Below, in pieces: positions 8,430 to 17,500 of a stretch of DNA of 64,000 bases. The stretch lies in IMG/VR virus record IMGVR_UViG_3300037297_000066, positions 372,001 through 436,000 of that record; one strand, written 5' to 3'. Positions within the stretch are counted from its first letter, which is position 1, and each line of letters opens with the position of its first letter. Made by a program: the position numbers and the translations under genes. The notes below the pieces were generated by a model, which was not told the origin of the DNA, searched no databases, and saw only the letters and a program-made list of their open reading frames with translations.

Positions 8430-9605
8430 GTGTACTACTTTCTCACCAACTCCCTTAGGAACCGTTTGATTCTGGAGCTGCAGGATTCGTTTTCGAAGCA
8501 TGCTCTCTACAAAAAGATCGTTCCTAACATCCAGAACAAGTACGCCTTCAAAGAGCGGCCTCAGTTTGGGGTAGTGGTCAAGGGAGCCAGCGGAAACAAA
8601 ATCCAGCTCTCGGCGGACAACTTCATTGGGGAAGTACTGAGCCATGTCATGCTGGCGTATGTGGGGGAACATCAGTTTCCCTTGGAGTGGGTGAGAGAGG
8701 ACCTGAATAGAGTTAGGGCAGCAGGAGGTTTCCCTTCTCCTCCGGGGATCTACTATATCGAGGTTCTTCAGGCTCCAACCAATCCGACAGAGCCTGGGTT
8801 TTTCGCTATCGACCCTCTTTACACGCAGCCTGATGAAGCGGTTCTGGTTTTCCAGTCGGGAATTGAGAAAGAGGCCCAGCTTCAGAACGTACCCGTTCAG
8901 GACACTGTGCGGATCTGGGAGAACAACAAGCGGCTTCTCATCGAGGGAACGGACTACATCGTCAATTATGAGACGGGGGCGGTGGCTGTCTTGCAGTCGT
9001 TCCCTCCTGGGACTACTTGGATTGCTCAATACCGTTATGCTGGGGAGTCCCAAGGTCCTATTCCCTTCTACTGGAACAGGGCGGACTTCGAGAGCATTCC
9101 GGGGGTGGTACTGGCTTTTGGAAAGAGAGCTGTTGAGGGGGATACGGTGGCTGTGGTTGTCTACCAGGATAGGGTAGGCACAGCCAAGGCTTATGGAGGG
9201 CAATTCGAAGCCTCTTTTGATTTGGATGTTATGGCTCGTGATACCGAGCAGGTGGGGGAAATCGCCGACATGATCTTCATGTACCTCATGGCGGAGAAGC
9301 GTCCGATTCTGAGTGAAGAAGGTCTAGAGATCATGGACGTCTCTATGGGGGGTGAGGCTGAAGAAGTGATGGATGAGAGTGGAGACAACTACTCCTATAC
9401 CGTTTCCATGTCGGTACAGATCCAGTCGGTGTGGGAAATTCATATTCCGCAACCTCTCACCATCAGCAGAGCTACTCCTGTGACAGCTGCGGGGGATTCC
9501 GATCCTTCTCAACCTTCAGGACTTGTGGCCAGGGCGGACAAGCTGTTTTTCCAGACCACCCCCATTCTGGCCAACAGAAATCCAGATTACGAACGCATCG
9601 GATGA
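8430..9605 (+). CDS. Putative tail terminator/completion protein with inserted beta domain
   Basis: GTG start; C-terminal SFDLDVMARD...IADMI...YTVSMSVQIQSVW resembles terminator folds; lies just upstream of the sheath. Confidence 0.55.
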   Translation: MYYFLTNSLRNRLILELQDSFSKHALYKKIVPNIQNKYAFKERPQFGVVVKGASGNKIQLSADNFIGEVLSHVMLAYVGEHQFPLEWVREDLNRVRAAGGFPSPPGIYYIEVLQAPTNPTEPGFFAIDPLYTQPDEAVLVFQSGIEKEAQLQNVPVQDTVRIWENNKRLLIEGTDYIVNYETGAVAVLQSFPPGTTWIAQYRYAGESQGPIPFYWNRADFESIPGVVLAFGKRAVEGDTVAVVVYQDRVGTAKAYGGQFEASFDLDVMARDTEQVGEIADMIFMYLMAEKRPILSEEGLEIMDVSMGGEAEEVMDESGDNYSYTVSMSVQIQSVWEIHIPQPLTISRATPVTAAGDSDPSQPSGLVARADKLFFQTTPILANRNPDYERIG

Positions 9606-9608
9606 ACC

Positions 9609-10043
9609 ATGCCCAAGTACACTTTCGAGTGTGATTCCTGCAACGTTAGGTTCACTCGGACTCTCAAAATGGGAGAACACCTGACCTGCGCCTGTCCCAA
9701 GTGCAGAGAGCAGGTTCCTAGGTTTTGGGATGGACAGGGGTTTTCCTTCGATTTTGCCGAGGGAGGGAAGGCCCCGGCAAACAGTGGGGTGACCAAGCAC
9801 GATTATCCGACGGCGGACCAGGCTGTGGGAAGGTCCGCCGACAAACGGTGGGCAGAGTACCGAGAGCGGGAAAAGGTGAAAGAAAAGGTTCGGGAGAGGG
9901 GGGGTTCCAGAGCCTTGAATCGGACAGACTCCCCGGAAATAAACGGAAATCGTAGCTATATCCAGTACACAGCCATAGGAGAAAAGGAGCTCCAGGGACG
10001 TCGGGAAGTGGTGGGTAAGCTTAAGCAGCTAGAGCCTCGATAA
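9609..10043 (+). CDS. FmdB-like zinc-ribbon protein
   Basis: MPKYTFECDSC...F...CPKC signature. Confidence 0.75.
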   Translation: MPKYTFECDSCNVRFTRTLKMGEHLTCACPKCREQVPRFWDGQGFSFDFAEGGKAPANSGVTKHDYPTADQAVGRSADKRWAEYREREKVKEKVRERGGSRALNRTDSPEINGNRSYIQYTAIGEKELQGRREVVGKLKQLEPR

Positions 10044-10085
10044 ACTATCGTTTGACTCTACTAATGTAGAGCGGTTCTGCTGCTC

Positions 10086-10135
10086 AGATTCAGATGTAGA
10101 CGTAGATCAAAAGCCCTAGATCCAGATTAAAATTG
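10086..10135 (+). repeat. 6-nt periodic AGAYNN repeat in the sheath leader
   Basis: AGATTC AGATGT AGACGT AGATCA AAAGCC ct AGATCC AGATTA AAATTG. Confidence 0.7.
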
Positions 10136-10163
10136 GCATTTTTCCTGCGAATAGGAGTGTCCA

Positions 10164-13100
10164 GTGTCTCTAGGACCATTGACGACCTACGTTCCCCCTG
10201 GCATCTACACCCGCACCCTGACCGAGGTCAACGCAGCCAACTTGGTGGCTGGCCTTCGGATCCCCGTTGTCATTGGCGTGGGACAGGAACAGCTGGAGCA
10301 ATCCGACCTGGAAATGGTCAGGGGTAGCTCGGCTACTCTGGACCAGCAAATCGTCAGCGAGGACGTCTCACAGTCTTTCGTGGTGGACAACTCCAATCCT
10401 CTGGTTCCCGTTCTGGGACCCACGGATGGGACCTTCACGACGGTTCGAGTTCGCAACTACCCCATTGTGGATGGACAGGGCTTTGGCCGAGTGACCAACG
10501 ACGTTCGTTCGGTCAGTGCCACGGTCAACGGGACGCCTGTGGCCATCGGAAGTGTGCAGGGTACCAACGGATACATCACCTTCCAGGTACCGCCTCAGGT
10601 GGGGGACGACGTTCGGGTCACCTATTACTTCCACCGAGGAGACACTGCTTTCACGGATACCGTGTCTGACCAGGTGACTCCGACCACAGCGGACCTGACC
10701 ACTCCTGCAGTGGCCAACTTCGCTTTCACGACAGGTATCAGCGACACCTTCGTGATCGGAGTGGATGGTACTGACAGTACCGTTGTCTTTACCGAGGGCA
10801 TTCACACAGCTCTAGCCGTCAAGACCATGATCGACGCCGCTCTGATCACTGGATTGACTACGGCAGTCTTCACGGACAACGAAGGCAATGACCACGTCAC
10901 TCTGACGGCGGCTCAGAAGCTGGTGATTGGTACGGGCAACGCTAATGGAGCTTTGGGCTTCACGGCGGGGGCTTCCACCAGTCGAAACGTCAACTTCCGG
11001 GTGTTCCAGCGTCCTATCGTGGATGGAACGGATGGAGGGATCACCACCACAGACCCAAGCAAGGTTGTGGTGCTAGTGAACAACTCTCAGGTCATTCCCA
11101 CTGCTGTGGATGGCACCAACGGAATCGTGACTTTGCCGATGGCCCCTGCGGCTGGAAGCACCGTCACAATTCAGTACTGGGCCAACACGTGGCAGGACAC
11201 CTTCGACTACTTGCCCAACACGCTGGTTTCGACGGTGACCCGTTGCGGGTTCTCGCCTGGTCGTTCGGACTACATCCAGAACCAGGATTTCGTCATCTCC
11301 AATCCGAGCGAGGATGTCTCGGTGGTCCACTGGGGCTCCAGTGTGGCTGTTTCCTCAGTCCTGAGAACGGCTGGGGCAACCGTCTTCGACGAGACGCAGA
11401 TCCTGGCCTCTTTGGTCGATGACAAGATGTACTTGGCGGAATGCACCCGGGTGGTAGACACCACGGTCGTTCCTGCCGAGACATCTCCCAATGAGTTCCT
11501 GCTCCCGGCTATTCCGACCACAGGCAACGGTCGAGACACGCCGCTTGGGAGCACACTCTACAACACGGTCACCAATGGCCGGATGAACCTGAACACGGAT
11601 CGTCCCGATCTCATCACGGTCTACACTGGTCGAGATCTTCGGGATGCGTTGGGTCGGGATCCCATCGATGTGATCGAAGTGGATGCCCTCAATCGCCAGA
11701 TCACGCTCAAGCAGGCCGTTCCTCCAGATCACAACGCCTACGCCACGTTCTGGTATAGCCGTCTGTCTGACGACACCTACGTGCTGACCAACAAGGTGGC
11801 TGGAGCCGTTGGTACAGGAGAGTACGAGGTATTCAGTTCCGTTCAGAACAACAACCTCTTGCAGGTTCTGTTCGGAAGCAAGACGGCTACCGAAGTCATT
11901 CAGTGGCCTCGGGGAGTGGAGAGTATTCCAGATGCCTTCCACACGGGTACGGGAACTGGGTCTCCAGTGGCCGAGACTGTCACTGTTACCTTCGCTTCTG
12001 AGGCAGCCAAGAATGCTGCTTACACTAACGAAGGGGCCGCTCCCTACGAGTTCTTCGCTGGAACTTCGGATCAGTGGGTGACCGTGCTCAACGGCGTGAC
12101 CTACCCTACGGACCTGGATACAGCCGTGGTTGGTCGAATCGTTGGGACTCGGGTGGCTGTGGATGGTTCCGACCAGATCACCTTCACCACGGGCGTCAAC
12201 GACGTTCTGAACCTGACCATCGACGGTACGGACTACACTGTGACTTTCTCAGCAGGCGCTACTGCTGTGGGGCCAGTGGGAACGCCTGGGACGGTCCTTG
12301 CTCAGATCGCTGCGGTCATTCCGACCACACCTGAACTGGTTCAGTTGGGTCCCTCGGGATCTGATGTGATGTTCATCATCCCCTCGTCTTCGACGCCTGC
12401 GGCTTTGCCTGGTGGCTTCGACCATGTCTCTGCGGTCAGCGTCCGTCAGGGTACTGCCGAGACGACTTTGGGCTTTGTGCCTTTCCAGTCGGCCTCGGGG
12501 ACTCCCACGGCAACCAACAAGCCGGCCACCCTTTTGGGTACGGAGACCGGGGACTTCATCATCACTCTTGGCGTGAACGACGAGTTCAAGTTCCGGGTCG
12601 ATGGATTGGAGTACACAGTCACTCTGACGGCGGGCACTCGTACGGCGACCCAGGTGGTTTCGGACATCACGGGTGTGGTTGCTGGGGTGGCTTCTGTGGG
12701 TACCTTGGCCAACTTGGACAAGGTTCGACTCACCAGTACCACCACCAACTCTGGCTCTAGGATCGTCATTCTCGATGGCTCAGCCAACGATACGCTGGGC
12801 TTCACCGAAGATGATTCGGCGAGCTACACGCCTGTCACGGCTCAGGAAGTGGTCAACGAGCTTCTGGCCACGGCCAGTTTCCAGACCGACGGGGTGGCTT
12901 ACGTTTCCACCATCAATGGAAGCCAGTACGTAACCATTGAGTCCAGTGATGTGGGAGCCACTACCCCATCGGCATCGAGCATCGCTTTCACGTCGGTTTC
13001 CAACTCGGCATTCAACACTACCACGGGTACAGGCATCGAGCCTGGCACCAGTGGAGACAATGGTGAGGACGCTCGGGACATTTACACCGTTGCCACGGAC

Positions 13101-14423
13101 CGAACAGACGGCCTGGGTTCTGGTGGAACCGGTGTTCCGGGGCAGACCTACACGGATGCCAAGACGGGCCTGAGATTCACGGTTCTGGAGTCTGCCACGG
13201 GGTCCTACACTCCTGGAGGCACCTTTACTCTGACTGTCAGCCCGACCTGGAAAGTCCATCCTTCGATTCCAAGCCTGCAGTTGGGCGGTCTCGAAGTCAT
13301 CGTCACGGACACGGTGGGTGTGGGAGTGGACGACACGGCCAATGTTCAGGCGTTCAATCCTGGTGGTAGCGAGCCAGCTGTCGGAGACTTCTACTACATC
13401 AGCTATCAGTACCTGAAGCAGGATTTCTCGACTCGGCTGTTCCAAACCTTCAAGGTCATCGAGGCCAACTTTGGTCGTTTGAGTCCTGAAAACAGGGTCA
13501 CCTTGGCTAGCTTCCTGGCCATTCTGAATGGTGCGGTCCTCGTGGGTATCAAACAGGTGCTCAAGGAGTCCAACACCAACCAGGCCAGTGACGCTTCGTT
13601 CTTGGCGGCCCTTCAGGAGCTGACCATTCCGCTGCCTGGCAACGTCAAGCCGGATGTATTGGTGCCTCTCACGACCTCTACGACGGTCTATGGGGCTCTG
13701 ATGCAGCACTGTGAGGTTCAGTCCAACATTCGCAACCAAGCGGAAAGGATGGGCTTCATTGGGTTCGCTTCGGGAACCTCTCCGATCACAGCCCAAACGA
13801 TTGCCAAGAGCTTGCTCAGCAACCGTATCGTGGCTGTGTACCCGGACTCGGCAGTCATTACTGTGACCAATGAACTGGGTGAGAGCAGCGAATCTCTGGT
13901 TGACGGCACCTTCCTGGCTTCAGCTTTGGCTGGTGCGATCGTCAGCCCGGCTGTGGACGTGGCGACTCCGTACACGAGGCGACAACTTGTCGGAATCGAC
14001 CGGCTTCCTCGGGTTTTGGACCCGGTGGAGGCAAGCCAGACAGCAGTGGCTGGTATCACGGTCCTGGAGGATCTCGCAACAACTGTTCGAGTCAAGCAGG
14101 GTCTGACCACGGACATGTCCACGATTCTGACTCGCCTTCCCACGGTGACTCAGATTGCGGACTTCGTGCAGCAACAGTCCCGAGCTACCTTGGATGCCTT
14201 CGTGGGCACCAAGTTCCTCAGCCAAAGGACGAACGAAGTCGAAGTCTCGATGACTTCTCTGTTCAACCAGATGTTGCAGGCAGAGATTGTTGGAGGCTTC
14301 ACGGGAATCAACGCAGAGGTGGATCCCAACGATCCGACCATCATGCGGTTCGAGGCGTTCTACGCTCCGATCTTCCCGCTTTTGTACATCGTCCTCACAT
14401 TCAACCTAAGAGCTAACGTCTAG
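10164..14423 (+). CDS. Contractile tail sheath protein with large multi-domain insertions
   Basis: N-terminal YVPPGIY; C-terminal sheath core (ERMGFIG...GITVLE...GLTTD...IADFV...FVGTKF...YAPIFPLLYIVLTF). GTG start. Confidence 0.9.
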   Translation: MSLGPLTTYVPPGIYTRTLTEVNAANLVAGLRIPVVIGVGQEQLEQSDLEMVRGSSATLDQQIVSEDVSQSFVVDNSNPLVPVLGPTDGTFTTVRVRNYPIVDGQGFGRVTNDVRSVSATVNGTPVAIGSVQGTNGYITFQVPPQVGDDVRVTYYFHRGDTAFTDTVSDQVTPTTADLTTPAVANFAFTTGISDTFVIGVDGTDSTVVFTEGIHTALAVKTMIDAALITGLTTAVFTDNEGNDHVTLTAAQKLVIGTGNANGALGFTAGASTSRNVNFRVFQRPIVDGTDGGITTTDPSKVVVLVNNSQVIPTAVDGTNGIVTLPMAPAAGSTVTIQYWANTWQDTFDYLPNTLVSTVTRCGFSPGRSDYIQNQDFVISNPSEDVSVVHWGSSVAVSSVLRTAGATVFDETQILASLVDDKMYLAECTRVVDTTVVPAETSPNEFLLPAIPTTGNGRDTPLGSTLYNTVTNGRMNLNTDRPDLITVYTGRDLRDALGRDPIDVIEVDALNRQITLKQAVPPDHNAYATFWYSRLSDDTYVLTNKVAGAVGTGEYEVFSSVQNNNLLQVLFGSKTATEVIQWPRGVESIPDAFHTGTGTGSPVAETVTVTFASEAAKNAAYTNEGAAPYEFFAGTSDQWVTVLNGVTYPTDLDTAVVGRIVGTRVAVDGSDQITFTTGVNDVLNLTIDGTDYTVTFSAGATAVGPVGTPGTVLAQIAAVIPTTPELVQLGPSGSDVMFIIPSSSTPAALPGGFDHVSAVSVRQGTAETTLGFVPFQSASGTPTATNKPATLLGTETGDFIITLGVNDEFKFRVDGLEYTVTLTAGTRTATQVVSDITGVVAGVASVGTLANLDKVRLTSTTTNSGSRIVILDGSANDTLGFTEDDSASYTPVTAQEVVNELLATASFQTDGVAYVSTINGSQYVTIESSDVGATTPSASSIAFTSVSNSAFNTTTGTGIEPGTSGDNGEDARDIYTVATDRTDGLGSGGTGVPGQTYTDAKTGLRFTVLESATGSYTPGGTFTLTVSPTWKVHPSIPSLQLGGLEVIVTDTVGVGVDDTANVQAFNPGGSEPAVGDFYYISYQYLKQDFSTRLFQTFKVIEANFGRLSPENRVTLASFLAILNGAVLVGIKQVLKESNTNQASDASFLAALQELTIPLPGNVKPDVLVPLTTSTTVYGALMQHCEVQSNIRNQAERMGFIGFASGTSPITAQTIAKSLLSNRIVAVYPDSAVITVTNELGESSESLVDGTFLASALAGAIVSPAVDVATPYTRRQLVGIDRLPRVLDPVEASQTAVAGITVLEDLATTVRVKQGLTTDMSTILTRLPTVTQIADFVQQQSRATLDAFVGTKFLSQRTNEVEVSMTSLFNQMLQAEIVGGFTGINAEVDPNDPTIMRFEAFYAPIFPLLYIVLTFNLRANV

Positions 14424-14431
14424 TTCGAAGG

Positions 14432-14465
14432 ACGGGGTGCCAAGGGATAGCCTTTGGCACCCTGT
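14432..14465 (+). terminator. Strong hairpin after the sheath (terminator or mRNA-stability element)
   Basis: ACGGGGTGCCAAGGG-ATAG-CCTTTGGCACCCTGT, about 15 bp including G-U pairs, with no U-tract. Confidence 0.5.
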
Positions 14466-14595
14466 GAGGGTTCCTTCCTAGGGGTCTGTAAATCCTGTCT
14501 TTTTTGGCAGGAGCATTCGCAGGCTAGGGCTCATGTGCTATACATGAACCTCGTAGGTCTATGCCGTTTTGGTGTAATGATCTTATCACCTAGGT

Positions 14596-17500
14596 ATGGA
14601 GATGGACGCCTCTACCGATTACGACTTCCGTGTTCAGGCAGCTCAGGACGAGGACATCAGCGAGCTAGAGGCCGCTGAGTACATCGTTTTCAACTTGGCT
14701 CTGGATACCTATTTCCGGTACATCGAAGAGGTCACAGGGGAGGAGCCCCCAGAGGATGACGAGAATACTCTGGATGAGGCCCCCGAGGGTGACACCACGA
14801 AGTTGGATTCTCTGGCTTCGGATGGCATTCGACTCTTGAAGCGAGTGGATAGCCGATTCCAAGAAGATGCGGTGTCCATGCTGGATACCAACCTGCCCTC
14901 TGAGACCCACAAGAAGATGCTTCAGAGGGCGTTTCGGCGCCCAGCCAGGTCAAGGGACGCTATCTCTCGTCGAGCTCTCTTGATGCGAACTGTGCTCTCC
15001 AGAGGAGGGCACAAGACCGTCAAAGCGGTCTTCCACAAAACTCGACCCCTTCGTGCTGTCAAAGATGCCTTGGCAGATGCCATGATGGAGGATGCAGGGC
15101 CGGCTTTGCAGAGATTTGCAGCGGTACCGATTCGGAATCCTCGGATCAAGGCTTGGATCAAGGCAGCAGCTTCCGTTACCAGGGAAAGGGATCAGCCCAA
15201 TGCTGCTCCTCTCAACCCCGTGGAGGTGGCCTCTTCGGTAGGTGCCGATCATGCGGAGGCACTTCGGAAGGACACTGTTGACGAAACAGGTCTCCAAGGG
15301 GCGGAAGAGCAAGCCGTTGCTGGGGATGAAAGGGAGAACAGGATTTCCGACATCGAGTCGGAGGCTGCCGAAGCTGCCGCTGAGGTTCTGGCTGATGCCG
15401 GTGAGCCCGATGAGGTTTTGACTCGTAGTGAGGTCATTGGCATTGCTACCGCTGCAGCGGTGGCAGCTTCTACCGACCCTACCGACCCTACCAACATCCC
15501 AGAGCCTCTTAAGCGTCTAGATGACGAGCAGAGAGCAGCGGCCATGACTGACGGCAAGGTCTTGGTGGCGGCAGGGGCCGGGTCTGGAAAGAGCTGGACT
15601 TTGGTGGCCCGGGTCGAGCATCTCATCAAGGATCGAGGCGTCAATCCTGCCAGGTGTCTAGTCACTTCCTTCAACAAGAAGGCCGCTCTAGAGCTCGACT
15701 ACAAGATCGGCAATGTCATTGGTGGGGACATGGCTGACGCTATGTCTATTGGGACCCTTCACGGGTTGTTCCGGCAGTTCATCGACAAGTATGGGACTCA
15801 GGAAGAGCGTATCGCTGTGGGGGTTGATAGGAAAGGTCCCAACGGGTTCGTGAAGGGAGGCGATTCTGTTGCTTCGGCTGTCAACCGGGTGTGGCGCAAG
15901 TGCTATGCCACCCAGAAGGCTGATGGGACGTGGAAGGATGCTGACGCTCCTAGGGTCAAGGATGGAATGCGTGCCAAGACCCAGTGGGCTGGAAACAACG
16001 TGACTCCTGCCCAGGCCATAGAGAAAGCGGCCACGCCAGAAGAGGCTCAGCTGGCTCAGTGGTATGAGTGGTACATGGGTTTCAAAGGGGACCTGGGGAA
16101 GGATTGGGAACCCCCTTGTGGTCGAAAGCTCAGGGAGTGGGAAGGGTTCCTAGCAAAGAAGCGTCTTGGGGGAAGGATTCGTCTTGGAGACTTCGACGAC
16201 ATGTTGGGTATCTTCAAAGACATCCTCAAGAGACAACCGGAAGTGAAGGCCACTGTCCAGGCGGCCTTCGACCACATTTTGGTTGACGAGTGTCAGGATC
16301 TTAATGAGACCCAGAATGAAATTATCATGATGATGTCCGAACACATCACTGATGGTTCTGATGGAAAGTCTCTTTGGATGGTGGGCGACGATAAGCAGTG
16401 CGTGGGTGTAGACACGCCTGTCCAGGTTTCAGCAACCGAGACTGTGCCCGCGGGGGAGCTTCAAGCGGGTGCCACTGTGTTGGCTTACCGCAATGGCAAA
16501 TTGCGTCCCCAGAAGGTGTTGCACGCCAAACATTCCGATTGGCGCACTGGGTACAAGGTCACTACGGAAAGCGGTAAGACGCTTACTATGTCTCCCAACC
16601 ACAAGATTTGGGCACAAGGTCCCGTTCTTGAGGAAAGGCAAGTAGCCGTCTACCTTATGTATCGTCAGGACAAGGGCTTCCGGGTTGGGATCACCAACAA
16701 GTGCCACGACGAGGATTACTACAACTCGTTTGGGGGTCGAGCCTTCATGGAGAAGGCCGAGCGTATGTGGGTTCTTACCGTATGCCAAGACCGTGAAGAA
16801 GCCTTGTTGAAGGAGGCTTCCTACTCTTTGGAATACGGTGTGCCTACGGCAGTGTTCGAGGGGGCCAGCAGGGGTATCAACCAGGATCGGTTGGATGCCT
16901 TGTTTGAGACTTTTGGACATAACGGTAGGAAACTGCTGGCTGAAAAGACTCTGGGTTTTGACCTTCCCCACTGGGTTAGCCAATCTTACACGAAGCATGG
17001 GCGTCTCCGTAGAACCGTGCAGATGACGGCTCATGGATCAAAGGGAAGCCAGGTTGCTTTGGAGTGGTCTGGGGATGACCTGGACGGGAAGTTGGAAGGC
17101 ATCCAGTTCTCCAAGCAAGCTAATGGGCGTCGCCGTCTCCGCAAATGGTTCACCAATTATCGAGAGGCTCTTGAGTTCGCTGAGCAGGTGGCAGAAAGGA
17201 CTGGAGCTGCGTTGTCTCGGCGTTTGTCTACTCCTGAAGGGCCTGTGCGGTTGCTCACTGCTTCTGGGTTGTTCTCTGGAATGCAAGTGGTTGTTAGGGA
17301 CGATGAGGATCCCGAAGCCGTTGCTTTGGAAACCATCGTGTCGGTGGAACCCGTTTCCGAGACGGCCTTCGTGGATCTGGACGTGGAAGATGCTTCCAAC
17401 TTCGTCGGAGGCGGTATTCTTTCCCACAACAGTATCTACGCCTTCCGTGGAGCTCGTCCTGATCTGTTCACCGCCCTGGATGGTAAGGAAGGCTGGAAGA

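Noticed and set aside
12780-13796. 338-aa minus-strand ORF, also 32814..33881 and other antisense or alternate-frame ORFs
   Set aside because: They are shadows of well-supported plus-strand genes and have no recognisable motifs.
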